Below, in pieces: positions 22,475 through 32,669 of a stretch of DNA of 64,000 nt (its first letter is position 1; every line of letters begins with the position of its first letter). The position numbers and the translations under genes are program-made. The notes under the pieces are model-generated. The model made no database searches. It was not told the DNA's origin and saw nothing but the letters and a program-made list of their open reading frames with translations. Source of the stretch: Naegleria gruberi (lineage: Eukaryota); NCBI GenBank assembly GCA_000004985.1, contig GG738927.1; one strand, given 5' to 3'.

Positions 22475-23005
22475 ATGGGTAATATTGGTAGTTCAATTGC
22501 CAATTCAATGGCAGAAAAGCAAAAGGCTGTGCAAGTTGAAATGCAAGAGAAAATGGTACAAAATCAGAAAAAGCAAGGAGAAAGAATGAAGAGAATGCAA
22601 ATTGCTACTCAAGTTGCTATTGCTAGAGAACGATTTTGGTGGATGGCTGGTTTCCATGGTTTTATTTCGACTGGTTTACTTGCTGGATTGATTAAGAAGA
22701 AACCAATTCATCCTGGAGTTATTCTTCCATATACGTAAGTGTTTTAATATTTACATGGATTATATTGAATTATTCTTTAATAATATTGATCATTGTAAAA
22801 TATTTTCGAATTGGAATTAAAATCGAATATGAAATTCCCTGTTCTTCACAACAGAGCTTATTCACTCGTTGTATTATACAATTGGGACTTTGCTTACGGA
22901 GACAAATTGGAAAGAATTGATAAAATCTATTCACAAATTCAAAAAGAAGACCACTGGTACATTCCAATTGATCCAGATATGGTTGAAGAAAAGAAGAAGG
23001 AATAA
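22475..23005 (+). CDS. PLGRKT-family (plasminogen receptor KT / C9orf46-like) small membrane protein, 2 exons (22475-22734, 22855-23005), about 136 aa
   Basis: MGNIGSSIANSMAEKQKAVQVEMQEKMVQNQKKQGERMKRMQIATQVAIARERFWWMAGFHGFISTGLLAGLIKKKPIHPGVILPYT | AYSLVVLYNWDFAYGDKLERIDKIYS...EEKKKE aligns along its length with vertebrate PLGRKT (MGFIFSK...AMQIAWSREFLKYFGTF...KKKPAFLVPIVPLSFI..YQYDLGYGTLLERM...). GTAAGT donor at about 22735; about 120-nt intron; phases fit. The MG..GS start fits an N-myristoylation context. Confidence 0.65.
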
Positions 23006-23454
23006 GTATTGTACTAAACTTGTAAATTATTGAATAAAATCAAAATATTGTAAAGAATTCTCATTCCCAACATGAAAGACTATCCAAATCCAACATTCTT
23101 GCCTTACCTCTCTGTCTTTACTTTTATAGAAATGTTTACTTGCTTGGCGTTGAGGAGATTTTACTTGTGACTGAGCAAAAACAACTCAATAAAAAAAGCG
23201 GCAAACTTTCTCTGTTTCTCTCAATTTGTATCTTTGAAGGAAATAGTATCATCCAAGCTAGGAAGCAAAACAGAAGAAGAGAAAGGATTATATAATTTCA
23301 AACATCATCAACATTTAGAGGATAAACAAGCGGCACTCGGAAAATACATCCTCTCTCTTGTTCTTCTTCGAATAATTTCAATAATATCATCATCAAGAGC
23401 ACTTTAAAACTCTCATCATCAATTATTGTACAAATATTAATAATATATTGGAAA

Positions 23455-24774
23455 ATGTTTTATTGGCTGCTTGGATCGATACCCTTTGTGGTACTCTTTT
23501 CTTTGGCTTATTACAAACAAAACTTGTTACTCTATTGTAATTATATGCCAAGAGGACAGGCTAGAATACTTGAATACTTACCTTCTATCTTCAATCTGCC
23601 ATTCGAAGATATTTTCCTCGATACATTGGACGGACAAGCAAAGATACATTGTTGGTTCCTTCGTTATGTACAACCAAATAGTGGCGGAATTGATGCTGCC
23701 TTCCTTCAAAAGAAGTCAAACGATAAACATGATGAAGACGAGGATGGAATCTTTTCCTTCCATCAAAATCAAACTGTAGGAATTTCTAATCATGCCGAAG
23801 AACATGGAAAGAAGAAGCAAAAGAAGAGTAATGTTGCCATGATGCAATACAAGAAGCAACTTCAATATACTCCAACAATAATCATGTTCCATGGTAATGC
23901 TGGAAATATTTCCCATCGTTTGACCAATGCTAGAGATATGTATCATACTTTAAAGTGTAATATTCTCATGGTTGAATATAGAGGATATGGTAAGAGTACT
24001 GGAGAACCTTCCGAAGAGGGCTTGAAGAATGATGCTGAAACAGCAATTAGATATCTTCTTGAGAAGCGATCGGATATCAATCCAAATAACATTTTCATTT
24101 TCGGAAGAAGTTTAGGAGGAGCTGTATCAATTTATTTGGCTTCAAAATATGCCAATGCTATTCGTGGAGTTATTGTTGAGAATACCTTCATGTCTATTCC
24201 AAAGTTGATACCAGCCATTTTCCCATACAGATTCATTTCACCAATTCTTCAATTCTTTAGTGTCAATAAGTGGGATAATGAAGCTACATTGAGAAATGCT
24301 CAATTCAGAAATGATTATCACAGAAAGAGACTTAATGGTGATTTGCCATTCTTATTTATTAGTGGAAGAAAGGATGAACTCATTCCAGCCACTCATATGG
24401 ATACTCTCATTGAAATTTATTGTGAAAGATTTGGAGAATATTGTTATGTTAAGAGATTTGATGAAGGCACTCATTATGGAACTTGGTTATGTCCTGGATA
24501 TTATGTTAATTTATACAAATTTGTTAAAAAGTTTAGAGTTAATCCACCAGTTGAACCAACCAAAACAAGAAAGCATTCTGTAGCTAAGACTCACAGTCTC
24601 CCTCAAACAGAACTTCAAATGTCTGACGATGTTATTGATAATATTACTATTACATTTGCTGACCCTCAATCACTCTCTGATTATAGTGGTAGTGCTCCAA
24701 ACAGTGGATCCAATAGCAATTCTAATAGTGGTGATAACACTCCTAGAAAGAAGGGTACCTATCTCTTCAGATAG
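23455..24774 (+). CDS. Alpha/beta-hydrolase of the ABHD13/Bem46 family (439 aa), with a low-complexity insertion and an S/N-rich C-terminal extension
   Basis: HGNAGNISHRL...YRGYGKSTGEPSEEGLKNDAETAIRYL...IFIFGRSLGGAVSIYLASKY is the Bem46/ABHD13 core (HGNAGN, nucleophile elbow GRSLGG). A K/D/E-rich insertion (KKSNDKHDEDEDG...KKKQKKSN) sits before the core. C-terminal tail SGSAPNSGSNSNSNSGDNTPRKKGTYLFR. Confidence 0.75.
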   Translation: MFYWLLGSIPFVVLFSLAYYKQNLLLYCNYMPRGQARILEYLPSIFNLPFEDIFLDTLDGQAKIHCWFLRYVQPNSGGIDAAFLQKKSNDKHDEDEDGIFSFHQNQTVGISNHAEEHGKKKQKKSNVAMMQYKKQLQYTPTIIMFHGNAGNISHRLTNARDMYHTLKCNILMVEYRGYGKSTGEPSEEGLKNDAETAIRYLLEKRSDINPNNIFIFGRSLGGAVSIYLASKYANAIRGVIVENTFMSIPKLIPAIFPYRFISPILQFFSVNKWDNEATLRNAQFRNDYHRKRLNGDLPFLFISGRKDELIPATHMDTLIEIYCERFGEYCYVKRFDEGTHYGTWLCPGYYVNLYKFVKKFRVNPPVEPTKTRKHSVAKTHSLPQTELQMSDDVIDNITITFADPQSLSDYSGSAPNSGSNSNSNSGDNTPRKKGTYLFR

Positions 24775-24824
24775 ATTATCTTTTTAATATTTGAAAAAAA
24801 CAATTTTGAAAATTTAGGAAAAAA

Positions 24825-25595
24825 ATGAACAAGAAACGAAAGATTGATACAACCTCTTTATTCGTTCCTAATATCTCGGAAATCATTGAAACAGTTAAAC
24901 TAGGTTTGGAAAATGAAAATTTTGATGATACACTAGAATATTTGGAAAATTTACTTGATGAAAATTCCACTCCTCCCGAATCCATTAAAAGATTATTATT
25001 TCCTCTTTTCCACTTTTATATTAAATATATTTTACTTCCGAATCAACAAGTTGAAAAGGCAGTATTATTCATGAGCAAATCATTGAAATATTCATCTTCA
25101 CTCGATATTTATGTGGAACTCATAACTTCCTCTTCTTCAATTGATAATTCAAACTTAACAGACTCGAATGAAACTTTGAAAACACTCATTGATTCTACAT
25201 GCTACAATATTCTCCAAAATTCACACCTTTTCACATGTCAATGTTCAGAAAAAGAATCACAGATGAATTCTCCCTCAATTAAACTAGCAATTGAGCAAGA
25301 TGACTTTACTGAATGGGAAATGGATTTATTCACTCGAGCATTCCAGGATCCTCTCACCCAAACCTTTCACCCTGCCTCCCTTAATGAACTCCTCGATCCT
25401 CTCAATGGGTTCTCCCTCAAACGACTTTCTCAATTGGAACCACTTTCGTTTCCCTTCTCCGTCCAAGAAATTCATCCCGTCTCAACAACAAACGAAACTC
25501 AAACCACACCAACTCCCTCACCTTCACATTCCACACAACCTGTCAATATATCCGTAGTGAAAAATAGCGCTGATAAATCACCCAATCTATTTTAA
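24825..25595 (+). CDS. Hypothetical protein (256 aa), Ser/Thr/Pro-rich C-terminus
   Basis: ATG in A-rich context only about 50 nt downstream of the previous stop. No recognised domain. Confidence 0.4.
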   Translation: MNKKRKIDTTSLFVPNISEIIETVKLGLENENFDDTLEYLENLLDENSTPPESIKRLLFPLFHFYIKYILLPNQQVEKAVLFMSKSLKYSSSLDIYVELITSSSSIDNSNLTDSNETLKTLIDSTCYNILQNSHLFTCQCSEKESQMNSPSIKLAIEQDDFTEWEMDLFTRAFQDPLTQTFHPASLNELLDPLNGFSLKRLSQLEPLSFPFSVQEIHPVSTTNETQTTPTPSPSHSTQPVNISVVKNSADKSPNLF

Positions 25596-25678
25596 ATAGC
25601 TCCCTTTTAAATTACTTTACAATAAAACAAGTCCTTATTGGGTAGTAATAATTATTATGTGATTCGCAACAATAAAAA

Positions 25679-28404
25679 ATGCAACAACAAGTCTTAGAGG
25701 ATGATGTGAAGGATAAACATTATCATTCGGAAGAAGGCTTGGATGATGGCAGTAGTAGTAACAGCAAAACTTCATCATCAACTTTATCTACTAATGTTAA
25801 TAGTAATAATACAACGACAATAAGAATGGAAAATTCAAAGAGTAGTAAGAATATGGCGGTGGAGGAATCGGTGGTCAATCAGGATAACAATATTGGTGCT
25901 AGTAAGAATGATGTTAATAGTAATATGCCAACAATTGTTATTCCTCATTCTTCGGAGAGTAGTAATTCAACAATTGCACATCATCATTTGCCCTTCAAAG
26001 TTGTAAATAACATCCACAATGAAAAAAGAAATAATTCTGTAGATTCCTTCTCCTCTGTGAGTATTTCTCCAACGACACCATCCACTGCTGGAAGTAGCAT
26101 TACTGTAAATTCAAATATTAGTTATAATAATAGTCGATTTGTAAATACGAATTTCACTTTTGGTTCATCAGGCTCTTTGACATTGACACCAACTGGTATT
26201 CACTCTCCTTCAATTCAAAATTCTGCCTCTATGAATAATTCAACAGGTACACTTCCGAGTGTTGATTCACAAAATATACATTTTTCAATGCCAATAGAGC
26301 AAGGTGGCCAATCCTATCAAAACTTGTCTGTGGATACTTCTCATCCTGAATTTTTACCTGCCACCAAGTTGACAGGAACTAGTAATTCTAGTTTTGGATC
26401 GTTAATCAATGGAACAAGTACCCAAAACAGAAGTGTTCTCTCAGTGAGATCAGTTGGCTCAAATATTGCCTTTGTGCCATCTCCTGGTTCTTCCAAGACA
26501 ATAATTTCTCCAGTGGCAGTTTCTTCATCAGTTTCCTTCGCAAATAATACAAAGAATAATACCATAAGCGACCCAGTTGCATTGAAAGGTACTGAATATT
26601 ATCATCATGATGAGGATGAAAAGGACGATTTTAAAAATGATGAAATCTCTACCTTTAAGGATGTGGATTTGAATCAAGAAGTTTCCGATGAGGATGATGG
26701 ATCGTCTCATAGAGATTCAATTGATACTAACAGAAAGAGTGTGGAATTGTTACTCAAGGATATTCCAACCTCTACTGGTAAAAGTGATGATTTTCATAGA
26801 GAACGATTGTGGAGACATTTCACTAAAACTAATATTGCTTTTGGTGTTTACAATTTAATTAATGATGTTGTATCACCAGCAACAATTAGTTCAGGTTATA
26901 CTGTCGCTCAGTCTGGTATTGGCGCCTATGTTTTAACATTGGTCATTGTTGCCTGTTTGATATTTTTCACGTTGATAATTCTCTATGATATGGCTAATGC
27001 ACAAAAAGTTACGAGTTTTCCTTCATTGATTAAGAAAACTTTTGGAAATATTGGATATATTTTGATTTGCATATTTATATTTTTGTTCAATTTTGGAGCT
27101 GTTTGTTCTGAACTTATTGAAATTTCTCAAATTTTGCCTGATTTATTGTATGAGCTTATTGGAAAGGAGTCAGTTTTCATTTCAAGATATGCTGTACTTG
27201 TTTATGTAACCATTATTTTGTTACCAATTGCATCTATGAAGCAATTATCAAGCTTCAAGTATGCTTCCCTCATTTCTGTAACTAGTGTTGCCCTAATTTC
27301 CATCTTATTGACCTATGAGCTTGGTCTCGGTAGAAGAAAGGTTCCTTACAATGATTCAGTTTTTGATTTTTTAAGACCTCAATATTTGAGCGCTATGGGA
27401 ACCTTGAGTTTTGTTTTTGTTTGCCATGATGTAAGTAGTATTACACTCATACTGATTCCAATAATTCCTAAAATCAATAGGTGAGTTTTGAGGTGATTGG
27501 ATCACTCAAAAACAATAGTAGAAAGCGTTACATGATTCTTGTATTTTGCATGCTTCTTTTGGCTGTTGGAGTTCTTCTTTTTATGGGACTTTCGAGCTTT
27601 TTATTGTTTTTCGATGTCAATTTGAAGGATGCCAATGTTTTGGATTTATTACCAAAGAATTATGGATTGGCGATTTTGGCAAGAATTCTCCTTTGTGCCT
27701 CTCTTGGATTATCAATTTCCTACACTTGTTTCATGCCTCGATTTGCCCTTAAGTCAGTAATCAAGACAATTTTGCAACAATTCGACGAAGTTAAACAACA
27801 AAAGGAACAATTCAAAACAAAACCATTCACTAGTGAACCATCCGACGAAAATACAGTTACTGAAAGTGAGCTTACTGTAGTGAGTGCTGGAAAGGACTCT
27901 GAAGAGGAGGATGCTGCAACAACTAGTGTCAATGAAACTTCACCAACAAGTGAAAATACCAAACACAAGAATGCAGTCTTGGCAAGTATTTCCAGATTCT
28001 TTGCCACCAGAACAGGAAAAGACGCTCTCCACTACGGAACTACCTTAATAGTTGTCCTGTCTGCTTTCATTGTTGCAATACTTGTGGAAAATTTGGGAGT
28101 TATTATTGGACTCACAGGAGCCATCAGTGCCACAACCATCGCTTATATTTTCCCAAGTTTGACCTACATTGTTTTGGAGAGAAGAGAACGAAAGGAAATG
28201 ATTGCAAAACTATTGGAAAAACAAGATTATGAAATGGTCAAGAATCACAAGGAAGCCAAGTCAACCAATACCAGCAAGAATATCAAACTTTCACTTCCTT
28301 GGACAAGAAGGGCTGCTGTGGCCTTCTCTTATTTTGTCTTGTTGACTGGATTTGCCATTCTTGTATTGAGTTTATCGAGTATTATTTATTATGCAGTTCA
28401 ATAA
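25679..28404 (+). CDS. Amino-acid transporter of the AAAP/SLC38 (Avt-like) family, 2 exons (25679-27430, 27481-28404), about 892 aa including a ~380-aa N/S/T-rich N-terminal extension
   Basis: After a long low-complexity N-terminus come 11 predicted TM helices. GTAAGT donor directly after ...SFVFVCHD; the 50-nt intron ends in AATAG; exon 2 continues VSFEVIGSLKNNSRKR...ILVF..., reproducing the conserved FxxVCHxxxxxIxxSLK segment of AAAP transporters. Exon 2 also contains an S/T/E-rich loop. Confidence 0.7.
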
Positions 28405-29157
28405 AGTTTTTACTAAACTTGAGATTGAATAAACTAAACTTTATCAAATTGATTTCTTCTTTTTTGGATAATGAGTTTAAAAACTCTTACCCAATGCTTT
28501 TTCTTAAATTTATAGCAAGTTTTCTTCACTAGCTTCCCGGAAATTTTCGCCGCCGCCGCCATAGCAAAAGTAAGGTCCTCCGACAAGTGTATGGTTCTTG
28601 TTGCATCCGAGTTTCATGTAAATATAAGTGCATGGATAGTGCAGTGGCATGAATCTGGTAATACCAACGCAGAGACGTTGGTTCGATTCTTGATAAGCGA
28701 TAAAATTTTAATTTTTATTTGTATCTTCTAAAGTTAATAATAGTTTGGATCTGCATAAAATAATTGCATATCTGAATTATTTAATCCATTATGAAAAGAA
28801 ATATTATTAATCATTTTTCTGTCTTGTTTATTTTGTACTTCCGTTCCCACTTGTTTTATCATTTCTGAACTAACTTTAAATTTAGCATAAAAATTGAATA
28901 AATTGTTTTCAATGTGGAAATAAATTGAATAATTATTGTAAATAATTTAGTAAAATCAAATAACTGTTAAACATGGATTCTAATGTTTCAGTTGAACTTG
29001 TTAATATTAATTCGCGTTGTATAAATAATATCCATTATTTATGAATATTAATTAAATCATTTAGTATACTTAAACTTGTAATATTAGATTCTATTTAATT
29101 TAATCTATTGAATATGTTAAAAATATTTGGAACCTATGAAGTGGAAGAGTAAATTTA

Positions 29158-29532
29158 TTATTCATTAAGTTCATCATTTACACATTGTTTGAAAAAGTTT
29201 ATAAAATCTATTTGAACATTTAAAGAAGATGGTAATTTTGATATAATATATTCACAAACATTAGAATACGGCTTAACTAAGCCAAATTGTTTTTGATTGA
29301 GTGATTTTAATATTAAAATAGGAAAGGTTGAAATTAATTTCCCAACAATAGCTTTTCTTATATAATTAGCATATTTCAAATTAGTCAGTTGTTTAAAATG
29401 TTCTTGATTATCATGGTTTTTGTTGTCTATTAAATTATGATATTTAAAAAATTCATAAACATAAATATTTTCAATATTAATATTAATAATATTACTTTCC
29501 CTTGTACTTTTTAATAATGATATAATGATCAT
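29158..29532 (-). CDS. Hypothetical ORF (about 125 aa from the first ATG), or the 3' exon of a larger gene
   Basis: The minus-strand frame is open from about 29756 to 29158 but has no ATG until about 29532. Extremely AT/Asn/Ile-rich. Low confidence that it is coding. Confidence 0.2.
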   Translation of the reverse strand: MIIISLLKSTRESNIININIENIYVYEFFKYHNLIDNKNHDNQEHFKQLTNLKYANYIRKAIVGKLISTFPILILKSLNQKQFGLVKPYSNVCEYIISKLPSSLNVQIDFINFFKQCVNDELNE

Positions 29533-29759
29533 ATCATTATTCACATCAAAATTTTTAATTAGGTGTTTAGTATGATTATTATTAATTACATTTTTAATAT
29601 TAATTAATAAATTATCATGATTAACTTGTTGAATAATTAATTCTTGAATTATTTTATCTATTTTATCTAGTACTATGTTATTATTTGGAGTAATTGATGA
29701 AGTAATAATAGTATTTCCAGATTGTTGAATATTGTTGGAAGATTCAATTGTAGAATTAT

Positions 29760-30420
29760 TATTAGTACTGATTGGTATTGTTAAATTAATTGCAGATTCT
29801 ATTGTTGTTGTAGTAGTGTTTGTAGGTTCTATTGTTGTTGTTATTAAATTATTTGATGTTGTATTTGTAGGTTCTATTGTTGTAATTGATGTAATTATTG
29901 AATCTGTTGTTGTACTTGTTAAATTATTAATATTTATAGTGTTTGTAGGTTCTATTATTGTATTTGTAGATTTAGTAGTTGTTGTTAAATTATTTGATGT
30001 AGTGTTTGTTATTGGAGTACTTATTAAATTATTTGTAGGTTCTATTGTTGTTGAATTATTTATAGTATTTGTAGATTGTATTGTTGTACTTTTTGTAGGT
30101 TCTATTGGTTTTGAATGTCTTATTATTCTCTAAATTATGTTAATGAAATATAATTAATAAAACAAACCCGTTTTTTTGTTGTTGTTAAATTAGTATGTTC
30201 TATTGTTGGTGTGGTTGTTATTAAATTATTTGATGTAGTGTTTGTTGGGTCTATTGTTGTTGTTAATTTAATTGTTGAATCTGTTGTTGTTGTTGTTAAA
30301 GTATTTGATGTAGCATTATTCGTAGGTTCTGTTGTTTTTAGTTTTTTGTGTCGCTTTGATGTTGTTAAATTATATTATATTTAAAATTAAAACAAACCCG
30401 TTTCTTATTATCACCATTAT
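29760..30420. repeat. Degenerate minisatellite: irregular 45-90-nt units built on TGTAGGTTCTATTGTTGTTG..., embedded in a ~240-bp tandem duplication (AAAACAAACCCGTTT at about 30161 and about 30401)
   Basis: The motif gtaggttct recurs at about 29822, 29867, 29945, 30035, 30094 and 30322 with irregular spacing. The block ...gttgttaaattat(a)t...aaaacaaacccgttt occurs twice, about 240 nt apart. The minus-strand reading gives T/N-rich peptide-like units (EPTNTTSNNLITTTIEP) but is interrupted by stops in every frame. The plus-strand ORF at 29732-30133 (GSIVVV... repeats) is a translation artefact of the repeat. Confidence 0.6.
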
Positions 30421-30715
30421 CATCACCATTATTCTTATCATCATCATCATTATTATTATCATATTCATCATTATTATCATCATCTTGTTCAACCTTTCTT
30501 TTACCAAACATCTTCTCCTCTATCGTAGTAGGAGGAAACAAAAAATGTTCACCATAAATAAAATTATCATTTGTTAAATCAATACATTCCATATTAACAA
30601 ACTCTTTTATATTATATGAATGTATAATGTGATCAACATGGATTCTAATAAATTTTGCTCCTTCGTGGATTTTTAGGTTTATGGATTTTGTTATTGGTGG
30701 ACCTTGTATTCTCAT
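30365..30715 (-). CDS. Hypothetical protein (116 aa) with a D/N-rich acidic tail
   Basis: ATG at 30715. MRIQGPPITKSINLKIHEGAKFIRIHVDHIIHSYNIKEFVNMECIDLTNDNFIYGEHFLFPPTTIEEKMF, then DDDNNDEYDNNNDDDDKNNGDDNGDNKK. The 3' end runs into the minisatellite. Confidence 0.3.
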   Translation of the reverse strand: MRIQGPPITKSINLKIHEGAKFIRIHVDHIIHSYNIKEFVNMECIDLTNDNFIYGEHFLFPPTTIEEKMFGKRKVEQDDDNNDEYDNNNDDDDKNNGDDNGDNKKRVCFNFKYNII

Positions 30716-30792
30716 TTTTTTTTAAAACATTTAAATCTATTAATAAAACATGCCGGTAGGTTTTATTTTTAGATCATCATATAAAAGTTGAA

Positions 30793-31476
30793 TCATAAAC
30801 GTTCTTTCCAAACTTTCTTTCCTTTAGCTAACTGTTCATTAACTAATTGCAATTCAAACACAATATAATCAAACTCTATTCTGATCTTGTGAGTTTCTTG
30901 TAAATAAACCAATTTTAAATTCACTACCATTGACCTCCACTTCTTCTTTTTATGTTCCCATTTATACAACCACCAATATCTATTATCCTCAAGAATAGGA
31001 AGAAAGGAATTTGGAGCATCATTAATCCATTCTAAAGTAGTTCTATCAACTTTTCTGCTACTTCCAGCCTCAAGTCCTCTATCAAAAATCCGATAATTGT
31101 CTTTGCTTTTACTTCCGTGAAATGATAAATCCAATTTCATACATAAAGCTTTCCATTCTATTTCATCACAACTAATTGTATTGTAGGTGTTAACAAATCT
31201 AGATATAGAACGTTTAGCATCTGGCACCATTCTTCTTCTGATAATATCCACAATCTCAGCCTCCATTACCATCACACGCTTCAAATAATAATCAGCATCA
31301 AAAATAAAAAAACTTTTTCGTTTTCCAATTAAATTATCGTCCAATCCTTCATTAAAATCACCAAAGAGATCCAAATAATCATCTAAACTCCCATCATCTG
31401 CTTTTTCGACAGTAGCAGCAAGCTTTTGTTCAACTTCTTCCAACACAGCCCTCTTCGAGACTTTTTTTTTGATCAT
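30793..31476 (-). CDS. Hypothetical protein (227 aa)
   Basis: ATG-initiated ORF ending 78 nt upstream of the 30715 start; it is unknown whether the two are exons of one gene. No recognised domain. Confidence 0.4.
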   Translation of the reverse strand: MIKKKVSKRAVLEEVEQKLAATVEKADDGSLDDYLDLFGDFNEGLDDNLIGKRKSFFIFDADYYLKRVMVMEAEIVDIIRRRMVPDAKRSISRFVNTYNTISCDEIEWKALCMKLDLSFHGSKSKDNYRIFDRGLEAGSSRKVDRTTLEWINDAPNSFLPILEDNRYWWLYKWEHKKKKWRSMVVNLKLVYLQETHKIRIEFDYIVFELQLVNEQLAKGKKVWKERL

Positions 31477-31864
31477 TCCAAAATTTTAATCTCACGCATT
31501 GTTGTTGGCATGGTGTTTTATTGAAAAAATTTTTGCCGCAAGTTACCAGCAAATAGTAAGCTAGTGTTATTGTCTTTTTAGTAATAGTGTGCAGGATGTT
31601 GGATGAGCGCTGGCTAGGTTTTTTATCCGTATGTAACTGCCATCCATCTCACCTTCACCCTGAAAAAACTCGTTAGATATTTCGCAAGGGTACAAATGTT
31701 CCCGCCAAATTTTTGAACAATGTGAAATTAATTGTTTTAGCAGCATTGCAAAGGTTTCAATGAATTAATTGATAACAAAATTTTGATTTTGGGATGGCAT
31801 TGATTAAATTAACTTGTGGATTCATTTGATACTCAGTAATGCTTCAATGTTAAATAGTTGCAAA

Positions 31865-31888
31865 TTGGCGCCAAAATTTTGGCGCCAA
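31865..31888. repeat. 24-nt perfect palindrome TTGGCGCCAAAATTTTGGCGCCAA inside a GC-richer non-coding island (31540-31990)
   Basis: The sequence equals its own reverse complement. The surrounding 450 nt have no ORF and a visibly higher GC content than the flanking intergenic DNA. Confidence 0.8.
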
Positions 31889-32669
31889 CTTTAATCATGT
31901 CTGTCTTTCCAAAGATTAGAAACTTATCTTCTCCTGTCCATCAGATATCTCAAGCTAGCTGACCCTCAACTCAGAGGTTATCCGTTGGTTAAATATCCAT
32001 ACACACTATTACTAAAAAGACAATATATATTTATATATTATATTATTAATATTGTCAAAGGCATCAATCAAGTTAAAAAAGATATAAATCTATTAATAGA
32101 TCCAGCAGTAAACAAAATAAACTGCAACAAGTCGTTAAATACGAGAAGAAACCTCAAGTTCGAAAGCAAAACATCAACACACAAAAAAAATGCCACAACA
32201 CCAAATCCAACACAAACACCTCCAAACCGTCTCTGACCTCAAACTCAACATTAAACCACGAAAAATCAGTGATTACAATCAGAAACGTTGGAATTCCCTC
32301 ACCGATGCTGAAAAACGAATCTACAACGACAATTATTGTTGTTCCTATTGCGACCTTCACAGGTATAGCATGAAAACATACTCTAGTAATATGATCCCAT
32401 TGGCTGTTGTAATGGAATCTACTGGTGGACATGGTCCTCGTTTTGTTTCAAAGAAATTTGGACGAAACTTGTCAGTACACTCCAAGATTTTTGTTGGCAT
32501 TACTGATTGTTAAACAAGAATATGCTTCTACAACTGTGAGATACTGTTTTTTGAGACAGGGAAAGTTTGGTCATAGGATTGATCATTCGAAATGCGCAAT
32601 TTTAGAAAAGGGTGAATTCTTCAACCATTCTTTGTTGGGATAAAGAAACTGGACGAAACACAAGTAGAT

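Noticed and set aside
28631-28700. Possible intact tRNA gene (GGTTCGATTC T-arm)
   Set aside because: No 7-bp acceptor stem can be formed with any upstream segment, and no D-arm or anticodon stem is convincing. It is kept only as a tRNA-like fragment in the findings.
29732-30133. 133-aa plus-strand ORF with GSIVVV/KLFDVV repeats
   Set aside because: It is the translation of the G/T-rich strand of the minisatellite. The hydrophobic repeat peptide is a repeat artefact, and the likely sense strand is the opposite one.
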